A stretch of 52,943 bases of DNA from Salisapilia sapeloensis CBS 127946 (Eukaryota; Protista; Oomycota): the NCBI GenBank assembly GCA_023334545.1, contig JAADVB010000123.1, positions 1 through 52,943 of the forward strand, written 5' to 3'. Below are positions 30,114-40,063 of this stretch, piece by piece; position 1 is the stretch's first letter; each line of letters opens with the position of its first letter. The notes beneath the pieces were generated by a model. The model did not search any database. It had not been told where the DNA came from and saw only the letters and a list, made by a program, of their open reading frames with translations. The position numbers and the translations under genes were made by a program.

Positions 30114-31019
30114 TTACGCGATTTGGAGACCATCGCCTCCAATGTCATGCTCCGTCTCTTCCAGCTCATCCGTATCGTCATCCTCCAGTCCTTCCCTCGC
30201 GTCTGTCGCCATGACATCCAAACTGGGTAGAGATACAGCTCCCAACTCGCACTTTTGCAGGACACTTTCAGCAATGCTGAGTGCATCTCGGATCTTTTCC
30301 AGATCAGTACGCAGCACCGATACGCGTTCCGAAGGGTCTCTCTTTCGCTTGACACCAGTGAGCATTTCCGTGTCTCCCATCGAGTATCTTCCGTATCCGC
30401 CCTCTTCCTTGACAGGATCCTTCCCTTCTTTCACGCGCTTCCGCTGGATGCCACGTTCATTGTAGACGTCTCGGATCGTGATCTGCTTGCCTTCTGCTAG
30501 CAAAGTCATGAGCGTCTCTTTGGCCGACACCCCTCCTTCACTCAGTGTATAGATACGTTGGCGAGTGGCAAAGTCTCGGTGGCGATGCATGGGCAACGCA
30601 TTCACGTCAGCCTCCGCTTCGTGGTTGTGATGCGCATTTTTCACCGTGACTTTCCAGTGCGCTTCTTGTCCTTGCGTCGCGAGAATGTTCGCGGCCGTGC
30701 CATTCGCAGACTGCTCCATGATTTGTGCGATTGTGGAAGTCGGTGGTCCCACGCGTGTGAGTAAGACGCTAAAAGGACAGTCTACTTTCCGAGACTGAGA
30801 CCGACGTTGGCCAGTGCTATGGCTCTTGGGCTTGCCACCTCGAGCGCACTGCAGCCATAGTTTCTTCTTGTACCGGATACTCGTGGCTTTATGGTCCGTC
30901 GAGGTAGATCTTTTCACACGAACGGCATAGCCCTGTGTTTTGGCATGGGCCTGAATGGCTGCGTAAGCCGCATCCGACGTTGGGTACGTGACTCCTTCCG
31001 GCGGAGGCTCGAGCGGCAT
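30114..31019 (-). CDS. FAR1/MULE-transposase-type zinc-finger protein without DDE domain, copy 2
   Basis: MPLEPPPEGVTYPTSDAAYAAIQAHAKTQGYAVRVKR...WLQCARGG...SRKVDCPFSV...WKVTVKNAHHNHE...HRHRD..TRQRIYTL...EGKQITIRDVYNER. ATG 31019; upstream in-frame ATGs also exist. Confidence 0.8.
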   Translation of the reverse strand: MPLEPPPEGVTYPTSDAAYAAIQAHAKTQGYAVRVKRSTSTDHKATSIRYKKKLWLQCARGGKPKSHSTGQRRSQSRKVDCPFSVLLTRVGPPTSTIAQIMEQSANGTAANILATQGQEAHWKVTVKNAHHNHEAEADVNALPMHRHRDFATRQRIYTLSEGGVSAKETLMTLLAEGKQITIRDVYNERGIQRKRVKEGKDPVKEEGGYGRYSMGDTEMLTGVKRKRDPSERVSVLRTDLEKIRDALSIAESVLQKCELGAVSLPSLDVMATDAREGLEDDDTDELEETEHDIGGDGLQIA

Positions 31020-31132
31020 GGTCGGCGGTACGAGAACTAGGTGTATTTCTAGTGCGTCTCGGGTGTGCGGGGGATGGGAAAAGCGGTAGTGAATGGAGGA
31101 GAAAGCTGGCGTGCGCGGAGCCATCATTTGCG

Positions 31133-31166
31133 CCAATAGCTGTCTGGTTTATAATTTTCGACCAAT
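31133..31166. promoter_or_regulatory. Twin CCAAT boxes in the divergent FAR1-like/CRAL-TRIO intergenic region
   Basis: CCAAT at 31133-31137 and 31162-31166, between the divergent ATGs 31019 and 31397. Confidence 0.4.
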
Positions 31167-31396
31167 AAGCGTGGGATAAGACGAAATTAGCACCTTACTA
31201 TCCCCGTGTGGCATCGACCGACGTGACGTAGGTAACTCACCTTCTTTCGATCCAGCGGTAGTCTTGTCGAGTGCACTTTGTGTTAGTAAACTTTGGTCTT
31301 TCATCGGTCCATTCTCTCTTTCCATCTCCTAGAAAGACACTTTCAATTCGATCGTCACTTGCAAAACCGAGCAGTAGAACGAGTCGGAACGTCGAA

Positions 31397-33643
31397 ATGG
31401 GGGAGTATTCGCTGCATTTCGGCGACAAGATACATCTAAGAGCGGCGTCTGCGTATGCTGAAGCAACGGAAAAAGGCCTTGGATATTACGAAAAGCATGG
31501 GCGACATGGGATCCTCAGCTGCGTGCCTCCCGTCGGCGACGGCCTCGACCATCTTTTCATCGAGGACGAGTTCACGGTGCTCGACCCAACGAGTCGACGC
31601 ACGACAGGTGACGTAGTGCTCTATCGCCAGCCTGTCGTACTCGTGAATCAAAACGGACAGGTATGGAACAACAAGACTGGCGGTATCACTGGCTACGTCG
31701 GCCCTCGAGCTCGCCACGTAGCAGGAGAAATGTTCGTTGCATTCCTCCCTGGCGACGCTCCATACACTCGATTAACCTCCCGCAGAGACAGAAAAGAAAA
31801 TGAAACCATGAGTGGTCGTCGTAGTAGCTTTTCTAGCGTCATGAGTGACGATTTTACGAATTGGGAAGCAGGTACAGATGACATGCCAGTCAAGTACGGT
31901 GACACGGATGTGGCCATTGTCGTCGTCAATTCACATCGACAATCAAAGATGTACAACAAGCGATTGTCGAATTTCAAAAAAAGCACTTCTAGCGTTGCGG
32001 GTGGGTACCTCTGCTGCGATGGTAAAGGCGCTGAGCTTCGCTCGACCATTTGGCCGTCGGATCCGCAGATCGTCAGTATCGCAGTGCACAACAAACTCAT
32101 TTCGCCATACAAGTACGGCCAGAAAATTGCATTACCGTTGCCGCTCTTGGACGGTAATTTAGATGCGCAGATCATATTCACCTTGTCGACGGACTGCGAA
32201 GCTGTGTTCCATGGAAAAGATCTGCAAAAGGAGATTAGAGCGCACTTGCAGAGCAGCAGAGACGAGACGCAGTTGGTACTGCCCATCGTCAACGGTCCAG
32301 GCGATCTGGTCTTGACACTCGTGGGCGACGCGCCACTCCAGGCGCCGAGCTTACAGCCTCCGAAAGAGCATAAAGGCGTTGCACAAGGGCCACAAGACAT
32401 CGTTAACAAAGTAGCCTTGGCGGCGAGGCGTACTCCTGTCGTCGTGTTTGTTCTAGTCTACGGAGTCCTCGTGCGTGTGCTCTGGGGCAGTGTCTTTGAT
32501 GCTTCTTCAGCACTCCAGCGCGACATGGCATTGCTGGTGCTCGTCATCATCGCAGGCTTCTACACGAGCGTCAAGATGGAGAACCCCATGACGCCTATGC
32601 TTCTTGGAAGTCCTCCTGCCAGTGCCGACTTATTGCAGAAGGAGGTGTCCGTCCACAGCACGCTCAAGCTCATTGTGTCCGGTTACCGCTTCTCGCTTTC
32701 CGACGAAAAATTCGAAGCCAATGGAAAACAGACAGCTTCCAAGCCTTTGGTCTTGTCCAGCAGTCGACGAAAGACCAAGAAGATGATGTCAGCGTACATT
32801 TCGACCTCGTCTTCCAGCAGTCACATCGCGCCAAGCGAATCCATGCGTGCTTCTACTAGTTCTGACATGACGATTGAGCCGCCGAAGAAGACGCCGCCAC
32901 CGGATGTGGATTCGTTGACAGAAGACGACGTGCCCGAGAGGTTTGTCAAGGCAGAGAAGGGCGATCGAGAAACGGCGTTAGCAAGGTACAAGCAGACGCT
33001 CATGTGGCGCAAGGAAGAGCGTGTGGATGAGATCCTAGAACTACCGAACGAGCACTTTAACGTGATCAAGGCGAACTACCCGCACTTTTACCACAAGCGT
33101 GGAAAGAACAATGAGCCAGTGTACTACGAGAAGCCTGGGAAGATCGACTTGAAGGCGCTCAAGAGCAATGGCGTCACCATCGACGACCTCTTGCGCAACT
33201 ACTTGACTGTCACTGAGTACATGTGGCAGCAAATGGAGCCTGATGACAATGCCAAGTGCATTTCGATCGTCGATGTGGATGGCATCGGCTTCTCTGACTT
33301 TGCAGGAGAAGCAGTGGACTACGTTCGGAAGACAGCGGCCATCTCTGGTCAGCACTATCCTGAGCGCTGCGCATACATCTTTGTCATCAACGTTCCGTCG
33401 TGGTTTAACATGATCTGGAACACTGTAAAGGGCATGGTGGACGAAGTGACGCGAGAAAAGGTGATCATCGTGCGTGGCAAGAAGAAGATTCTGGAGGCGT
33501 TGCAGGAGAAGATCGATTTGGACAACATTCCGGAAGAGTACGGCGGCAACAGTCCTGGCCAGAGCTCCGAGGAAGAGCGACTGGTAAAACTCATGAAATA
33601 CCTCAACGGAGACGCGGATGCTCCGGAGAGCAATCCTTTGTAG
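31397..33643 (+). CDS. CRAL-TRIO/Sec14 lipid-binding protein with an N-terminal beta-rich domain and two central TM helices
   Basis: C-terminal domain: PERFVKAEKGD...ARY..TL.WR, YPHFYHKRGKNNEPVYYEKPG, DVDGIG, HYPERCAYIFVINVPSWF..IW..VK..VD..TREK and IPEEYGG. Hydrophobic segments VVVFVLVYGVLVRVLW and MALLVLVIIAGFY. ATG 31397. Confidence 0.9.
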   Translation: MGEYSLHFGDKIHLRAASAYAEATEKGLGYYEKHGRHGILSCVPPVGDGLDHLFIEDEFTVLDPTSRRTTGDVVLYRQPVVLVNQNGQVWNNKTGGITGYVGPRARHVAGEMFVAFLPGDAPYTRLTSRRDRKENETMSGRRSSFSSVMSDDFTNWEAGTDDMPVKYGDTDVAIVVVNSHRQSKMYNKRLSNFKKSTSSVAGGYLCCDGKGAELRSTIWPSDPQIVSIAVHNKLISPYKYGQKIALPLPLLDGNLDAQIIFTLSTDCEAVFHGKDLQKEIRAHLQSSRDETQLVLPIVNGPGDLVLTLVGDAPLQAPSLQPPKEHKGVAQGPQDIVNKVALAARRTPVVVFVLVYGVLVRVLWGSVFDASSALQRDMALLVLVIIAGFYTSVKMENPMTPMLLGSPPASADLLQKEVSVHSTLKLIVSGYRFSLSDEKFEANGKQTASKPLVLSSSRRKTKKMMSAYISTSSSSSHIAPSESMRASTSSDMTIEPPKKTPPPDVDSLTEDDVPERFVKAEKGDRETALARYKQTLMWRKEERVDEILELPNEHFNVIKANYPHFYHKRGKNNEPVYYEKPGKIDLKALKSNGVTIDDLLRNYLTVTEYMWQQMEPDDNAKCISIVDVDGIGFSDFAGEAVDYVRKTAAISGQHYPERCAYIFVINVPSWFNMIWNTVKGMVDEVTREKVIIVRGKKKILEALQEKIDLDNIPEEYGGNSPGQSSEEERLVKLMKYLNGDADAPESNPL

Positions 33644-33722
33644 TGCGTAGGATGATTTGGATGTGATAAAGGACCAACGGAAGACCTTTGTTTCATGACA
33701 CGTGTAGCTTGTTACCTAGTTC

Positions 33723-36006
33723 CTAAAGTTTGTCCACGCCATGCACCGTGTCCTCCGGTCGGTTGAACACAAGGACGTTGAACGCATCTTGGAAAAAGTG
33801 AGGGAACTCTTCACAAGCGCGCGTGCAGTCTGGTTGGAAGTTGACTTCCAGAATCACGGGTTTCATCTGTCCTTCTTCCCCCACTTCTTCACTCCACTCG
33901 AGCATCACGTCCACTCCGTACAGCGCTCGACTCTTGCTACATCGACCTAGACCTCTCGGAGGAGGCTGGTTCGTCGCGAACGTGAACAGCTCCTTGATGC
34001 TGCGAGCCACTTGCTCACGCACTCGCTGCCAACTCGTGGACGGGTACTCTTGGTTGAACTGCGCTTCGAGCTGCTCACTCGTCATGAAACGGACGTCATA
34101 TTCGTTCGGAGAGTACTTCATCACAGTAAAGTGTCGTTCAAAGTCGTCAAACTCGTCCATGGCAAATGACTTGTTCGCTAGACGGAGCCACGATACGTTA
34201 CTCAAGTACACTTCCAGCGGACTGGTACTCGTAAGCAACACGATGAAGCGCAGGTCGAATTTACAGCCACCTAGGAGCACTGGTCGACGAATGTACTGAC
34301 TTGCAATCTTCGGTCCGGTTTCAGTCAGACGAGCAAGGTGCATGGCGCTCTTGGCGATGGACGTATCGAGAGATCGCGCCAGATTCCAAGGCTTGCAGAT
34401 CCATCGGTTGTTAATCGGCAGAGCGCTTTCGTCTGCGTTGGCAGGTGCACTCGCCAAGTTCAGCTGATCTCGACGAATGTACTCTGCCACGAGCTCCGGC
34501 AGCTCTGAGACCATGTTGTAGGTGGGAGCTAGCCATCTCGGTCGCGTGCCACCGTTCTGGAGCCGACACATTTCGTACAAGAGGTCTTTGCACGTAAGGA
34601 TCTTTTCATTTGGAAACTGATTGATCACCAGTACCTTTTCGTTTGCACACAAGGAAGCATAGTCCTTGAGGTGGCGTGTCGGCCATAGGATCTGAGCCTC
34701 GTTCTCATCGTCTACGAATGCGATCTTATCGTGCTTGAGCTGACTTTGGATCAACAAGAGGTTCGTGGACAGACGTAGAGGTTCTGCACCAGCAATGGCG
34801 ACAGCCAAATACGGGTTAGACGCTGCAAGTTGTGGATCCGGAAGCGTCTCCGAGTCTCGACCAACGACCGTGTCGAAGCGTGCTAAAGATGTCTCTAGCG
34901 TCGACTGCTGCTGTCGACGAGTGACAATCTGTTGGAGCTCGGCATAGTAATCTCTACCGGCCTCGCCTTCATCATGCGGCTCTGCCATATTCACTTCCGG
35001 CGTCACGTTTTTCAGTGGCGGATTGTAGAAGAGTGCAGCTAACAGAGCGGTATGCATGTCCAGATCGTGCGCTGCTTGTGGGACGTAGTCTCGAGTAAGA
35101 AAGTCGCCAGCTTCTAACGGTGCGACGATCCACATGAGGCTGAAGGCGCATTGGGTGTTGGCAAAGTAGAATGGGGCCATGCGGACATTCGGCTTGTCAC
35201 TATGCTCGATGGCACTCCCAAACTCGTCCATGACGTACCAGATGGGCGTCGGAGTCGCCGGTTGGTCACTGTCACCATCGTCGCTCTGGACACCACTCAG
35301 CTGATACGTGTTAGCGTACCGCCAGACACGCTCCAATACGTCTCGCATGCGGAGTTTCATAGAGCGTGGCTGGAGATCGGGTACTTCCTCTCCGACTTCT
35401 GGTTGGACGCCAGCGATCGTCTGCGTGGAGGAAGCGGCCGACGGAAGCTGCATGAGTCGCTCTAGTCGGTCGAGAAGCATGGGCATGGTCTCCAACTGCT
35501 GTTTACAAGTGTCAGACGTAAATGTCCATGCATGGTCGATGAGAAAGAGGGCAGACTCTGCGTTTGGTTGGACGCCAGAGATGTCGACATCGTCTCGGAC
35601 GACGGCATGCAGGTCGCCTCGCTCGTCTCGTGCTAGGAAGAAGGAGCCTCCGGCATTGAACACTTCATTTCTATCGCATGGCAACAAGTTCGTTAGATGA
35701 TGTAGAGAATGCAGTTTCTATCCAGCATTGATGGGAGAAAACAGTGGCATGTCGATCCAAGAACACAGCTAAAAGGCTAATTGCAGGTTCTAGACTAGTG
35801 CACGATCGACTGGAGTCCACTAATACCCACAAAACTCTTCCAAATATAAAAGTTCGATGGTATGCATTGCCAACGGGGAAGAAGACTGCATGACAAATAC
35901 ATGTAAAGTGGACGTACTTGAGTTTGTGGTGTAAAATGGGCCATAAATGGCGTGGCACATTGGCACTCTCTAGCTGCGGCTGATGTATGCGCAAGAACTC
36001 TTCCAT
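33723..36006 (-). CDS. TTLL12: Tubulin-tyrosine ligase-like protein 12, 2 exons
   Basis: Exon 1 (36006-35918) MEEFLRIHQPQLESANVPRHLWPILHHKLK; intron 35917-35671; then NEVFNAG, FLIDHAWTF, WYVMDEFGS..EHSD.PN..MAPF, TRDY, INQFPNE..LTCKD, WICKPWNLARSLDT, TGPKIA..YI, KFDLRFIVL, HFTVM.Y, RALYGVDVML and LEVNFQPDC.RAC. Confidence 0.93.
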
Positions 36007-36176
36007 ATTCGAACTCCAAAGGCACCTGGTAGCGATACTCGCCTCGTGTGTCTTCCCTCGAACTTTGATGTGAGCGCCACCGGTTTATGGATCACTTCAT
36101 GGTCCACAATGATCGAGCCGTTGTAGCTTGAAATCAACATATACAAAAAGATAATTGGAAGTACTTTTACAGGACG

Positions 36177-36647
36177 ATGCCACCATCAGCTCGTATCGAA
36201 AACGAGAGGTACGAACTGGAAATGATTGGAATCGAGTCCGTCTTCGCTTGCGCCCTGTGGTGCACGTCCTTTGCTCTGTACTCGTCTTTCCTACTAGGGA
36301 TATTACTCCTAGCAACGTTGATCTTCCAGTATTTCGAGTATGGCGTCTTGTCCACTTTGAAGCGGTCGAAATGGGGACAGCCGAAGCAGACGAGCGAGCT
36401 CCGGATCGGCCTGCATCAAGCCTTTTGGGCAACGACGATGGTATCTATCCTCGTTCTGATGCTGTGGATGTACTTTACAGAACGTTGGGGTGGCCGGATG
36501 TGGTATGCGACTGCCTTCTTCTGGGGCTGGGAAGGTCTCCAGTTCCTCCTCGCTGCCTCATTAACGTCGTGGGAAGACACGAAAGCTGCTATTGACCGAG
36601 CACTTCATCAGCCATGGATCAAGCGAATCCGGGCTCGCTTAATGTAG
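36177..36647 (+). CDS. Small multi-pass membrane protein (about 4 TM helices), function unknown
   Basis: 156-aa ORF with G/C-ending codons like neighbouring genes and four hydrophobic stretches. Divergent from TTLL12. The start is uncertain. Confidence 0.65.
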   Translation: MPPSARIENERYELEMIGIESVFACALWCTSFALYSSFLLGILLLATLIFQYFEYGVLSTLKRSKWGQPKQTSELRIGLHQAFWATTMVSILVLMLWMYFTERWGGRMWYATAFFWGWEGLQFLLAASLTSWEDTKAAIDRALHQPWIKRIRARLM

Positions 36648-36736
36648 AAGCACTTGTCTAATTTTCGAGCATCACATTCGCATGGAGATATACAGGATAG
36701 AATTGGCTATAAAAAGGTATTTGGCTTTGATTGCAC

Positions 36737-37285
36737 TTAGCGCTTCGATGCTTCGGGATCGACATCCTCTACCTGCTCGATCGATTGCACGAGTGATTCC
36801 TTCCGGTCGGACTCATCCTTGGATGGTTCCTCCGGTTGTAGTACAATGCTATTCTCTGTACTGTTGTCCGCTGCCTTCTCCTCCTCGTCTTGAAGGAACT
36901 TGCCGTCGGCTGGCACGTCTTCTACCTCTTGGATCGACTGCATCAACTGATTTTTTCGATCTTGACTCTCTGTCACCTTTTCTTCCTCTTTCGCCGTTTC
37001 CTCTTGATGCTTTAGGAACTGGTCGTAGGAAAACTTGTTGTTGATAGCATCATGCGCCTCTTGCGGTGACAAGTGCGCAATCTTAGACTTTGGAAAGCCC
37101 AAGTCGTGGAGGTTTTGCTTCATGGTGTTCGTGATCATAAACGGCACTGCCGCATGGTGCGACGGGTCTTGACTGCCTTGGCCGTATAACACTCTCTGCG
37201 TCATCTTGGCGCCGTCATACTGCCACTTGTTCGTGTAGTACTTGGTGAGCTGGACGTAGCGATGGAGCTTGGTTCGAAGCGTCAT
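36737..37285 (-). CDS. 182-aa protein with a VPFMIT..MKQ.L.DLG...I..LSP.EAH module and an acidic tail
   Basis: Clean ATG-to-stop ORF. The module resembles a small conserved eukaryotic domain of unknown function. Acidic C-terminus with an internal repeat. Confidence 0.75.
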   Translation of the reverse strand: MTLRTKLHRYVQLTKYYTNKWQYDGAKMTQRVLYGQGSQDPSHHAAVPFMITNTMKQNLHDLGFPKSKIAHLSPQEAHDAINNKFSYDQFLKHQEETAKEEEKVTESQDRKNQLMQSIQEVEDVPADGKFLQDEEEKAADNSTENSIVLQPEEPSKDESDRKESLVQSIEQVEDVDPEASKR

Positions 37286-37741
37286 GGTGGATTCGTTCTA
37301 GCGATATTCTGTGGACTTGACTAGGGTATTCGATCAAGTACGGTGCCAACTTGAAGCTCATCATCGATTGAGTGCAGATCGCTTCGTCCGCCTTGCTTCA
37401 AGGTTGTTCTCACCTCGTAGCAAGCACTTTCTGTAGATAGGACCTGCACGTCCGCATACAGCGAGGAGTAGAGGTCCTAGTAGCGACGGCGCATGACTTA
37501 AACAGACTCTCGACTGACTATATCGTGGTAGCTGTCTCGTATAGAAACGCTCTATGTAATTACCTAATGTCTCCACCCCACCCGTCTATAATCTCGCCTA
37601 GACGCTTGCTCGGACGTCGGTCAGAGCGAGAACGACGAGCGACTCCTCAGCTCTGTTCCAAGCGCCCAGACATCGATTCGAGGCCTATTGTCATTGACTT
37701 GGACAGGTAGGCGATCCGATTGCATAAAGGAACGACGGAGA

Positions 37742-40063
37742 ATGGCGTCTTTGTTTGGAGTCCAATTGACACCGGCGCTGTCCGGTCTGGTCTACGGCGT
37801 GTTGGCATTGGCACTGCTCATCCTCATCGGCAGTATATGGTACTACTGGATGTACTCGCGTAAAATCGAACGCTTCCTCCAGCGTGACAATGAGCATAAC
37901 AACATGATGCGACAGGACCTCGTGGACAGTTTTGTCGAGCGAGGAGAAGAGGAATGGCCGTGCTCGATTTGCTTCCATGCAAACCATCCGAGGAAAAGCA
38001 CTTGTGTCATGTGTGGCACACCGCAGGTTTTGAAAAAGGACGAGGATCCGTCCATCGCTCGTGCCTCTGGCCTGCGACCGAGAGACTTGATGCAAGGGAA
38101 TGGAACCATCCTGAATCAACAGTCTCGCGTTCGCTCCTTCCACGTTCGTCGACTAAAGCAAATGGACTTGACAGCTCGTCAGAAAGCGGCATTAAGACGG
38201 CATCTATGGAAACGACAGGTAGGGCCGGACGGAACGATGCGGTGGGTGCGTATCGACGTCGATCCGACACAGCAAACAGACTTTGCCGATTCGAAAAAAT
38301 CGACAGAATACAGCGAGATGTCGACGCCCAAGAGTGGTATTGATGAAGTAGATGAAGACAGTGATAGTGGTCATGAGCACATTGACATTATGGAAGATCC
38401 GGATGACGCCGTTGAGACAATGGAAGCTCCGGGTAGAACTTCGAACGAGTCTTTAGACGAGCATAACAAACACATTGCGTTGGCGCTACAAGCCTTTGGA
38501 GAAGTGGACCAGTCCAAGGAAATTATGTCGTTGCAGGGTGGTCGACCGACGCAGCATGGACCTGACTTTCGGCCGTTGCGAGCGACAGCATTAAAGAACT
38601 TGGAAGAGGCAGAAGAGCGTCCGACGCTCGTGAATGATTCATTTTTGGTGCGAAGTTACGTAGAGTCTCAGGAAGAGCAGTCGACGAGCTTGGCGATGCT
38701 GCAGCATATCGATGAAGGCGACGAGCGGCAGATGGAGAATGACACAGCCGTATCGACGGGCTACGTTCGGCATGAAGACGCAGATGGAGATGTCCAGTGG
38801 GCACCTGCAGCGCAAGTAAAGATCGTATCGGAGGGCAAACATATTTTATGTGATGACAATCTGGAGGAAATTGCAGCCTTGACATTCCATGAAAAGAACC
38901 GGTGGTTCCTCAAGGAAGTGCAGAAGCGTTGGCGAAAGTATGAGGAAGGACACATTCAGTTTGTCGTCCGTCGAGATCAGCTCGTGACGGATTCCATGGA
39001 GCAGATGCTCAAGTGTCCACCCAGTCGATTCTGGGAACGTCTGCGCATCTACTTTGAGAATGAGCCGGGACTGGACGCCGGTGGACTCATTCGAGAGTGG
39101 TACGAGCTCTTGTCCGAGACACTCTTTAGTGAAGACTTTGGCCTGTTCCTAGCGACGAAAGGAGAGAACATGGGCTACTGGATCAACCCGGCGTCTGCTG
39201 CGCGGCACAAAGACCATTTGCTGTACTATGAGTTCGTCGGGAGGCTGCTGGCAAAGGCGCTGATCGAAGGGTACAACATGAAGATGAGTCTGGCACTACC
39301 GCTGATCAAGCACATGCTCGGTGTGCCGATCTCGTTTTCAGATTTAGAATTTTTGGATGAAGACTTGTACAAGAACGCCATGTGGATGAAGCGGAATGAT
39401 CATGCAGAGATGCTCAGTCTCGATTTTACAGTGCAGGTGATTACAGTAGACGGGAGGAGCGAGACGACGGAGTTGAAACCTGGCGGTGCAGATATTGAAG
39501 TGGATGACAGCAACAAGAAGGAGTATCTGGAGCTTTTGCTAAAGCACTACATGTTCGAAAGCATTAGCGACCAGCTGAGTGCTTTGCTGAAAGGCTTTTA
39601 CGAAGTCATACCGTCCTACATTGTCACGGTGTTCGATTATCAAGAGTTTGACTTGCTCATCTCTGGTGTTCCGGACATTGACATCAACGATTGGTATCAG
39701 CACACAGAAGTGCGGTGGATGAAACTGGAGAAGAGCTCGAACGATGAGCGGAAAGTCATCGAGTGGTTCTGGGAAGTACTAGCAGCGTTTACGCCGGAAG
39801 AGCGAGCGCGGGTATTGCAGTTTGCCACTGGCACTTCACGCGTGCCAGTGCAAGGGTTCAAGGCGCTCATGAGTAGCGACGGTCGGGTGCGTAGATTTAC
39901 GATTCAGATGGTCAAGCGTGAACCACCTCCGACGGGATTGATGCCGAAAGGTCATACGTGCTTCAACCGCATTGATTTGCCACTGTACAACAGCATGGAA
40001 GAGCTGATGAACTACCTGACGCTTGTGATCAACATGGAGATCTCTGGCTTTTGGCTCGAGTAG
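37742..40063 (+). CDS. HECT E3 ubiquitin ligase with an N-terminal TM anchor and RanBP2-type zinc finger
   Basis: TM GLVYGVLALALLILIGSIWYYW; WPCSICFHANH..KSTCVMCGT; HECT motifs LRIYFENEPGLDAGGL.REWY, FVGRLLAKAL, DLEFLDEDLY, VLQFATGTSRVP.QGF and catalytic PKGHTCFNRIDLP. ATG 37742. Confidence 0.95.
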   Translation: MASLFGVQLTPALSGLVYGVLALALLILIGSIWYYWMYSRKIERFLQRDNEHNNMMRQDLVDSFVERGEEEWPCSICFHANHPRKSTCVMCGTPQVLKKDEDPSIARASGLRPRDLMQGNGTILNQQSRVRSFHVRRLKQMDLTARQKAALRRHLWKRQVGPDGTMRWVRIDVDPTQQTDFADSKKSTEYSEMSTPKSGIDEVDEDSDSGHEHIDIMEDPDDAVETMEAPGRTSNESLDEHNKHIALALQAFGEVDQSKEIMSLQGGRPTQHGPDFRPLRATALKNLEEAEERPTLVNDSFLVRSYVESQEEQSTSLAMLQHIDEGDERQMENDTAVSTGYVRHEDADGDVQWAPAAQVKIVSEGKHILCDDNLEEIAALTFHEKNRWFLKEVQKRWRKYEEGHIQFVVRRDQLVTDSMEQMLKCPPSRFWERLRIYFENEPGLDAGGLIREWYELLSETLFSEDFGLFLATKGENMGYWINPASAARHKDHLLYYEFVGRLLAKALIEGYNMKMSLALPLIKHMLGVPISFSDLEFLDEDLYKNAMWMKRNDHAEMLSLDFTVQVITVDGRSETTELKPGGADIEVDDSNKKEYLELLLKHYMFESISDQLSALLKGFYEVIPSYIVTVFDYQEFDLLISGVPDIDINDWYQHTEVRWMKLEKSSNDERKVIEWFWEVLAAFTPEERARVLQFATGTSRVPVQGFKALMSSDGRVRRFTIQMVKREPPPTGLMPKGHTCFNRIDLPLYNSMEELMNYLTLVINMEISGFWLE

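Noticed and set aside
24536-31136. Inward-facing FAR1-like genes as the ends of a Pack-MULE or composite transposon capturing GTF3C5
   Set aside because: No terminal inverted repeats or target-site duplication were seen, the two copies are highly diverged, and the enclosed GTF3C5 looks like a normal housekeeping gene.
36097-36595. Alternative ORFs 36097-36432 (-), 36155-36595 (+) and 36167-36355 (-)
   Set aside because: The 36177-36647 frame has the gene-like codon bias and a coherent TM pattern. The others are overlaps.
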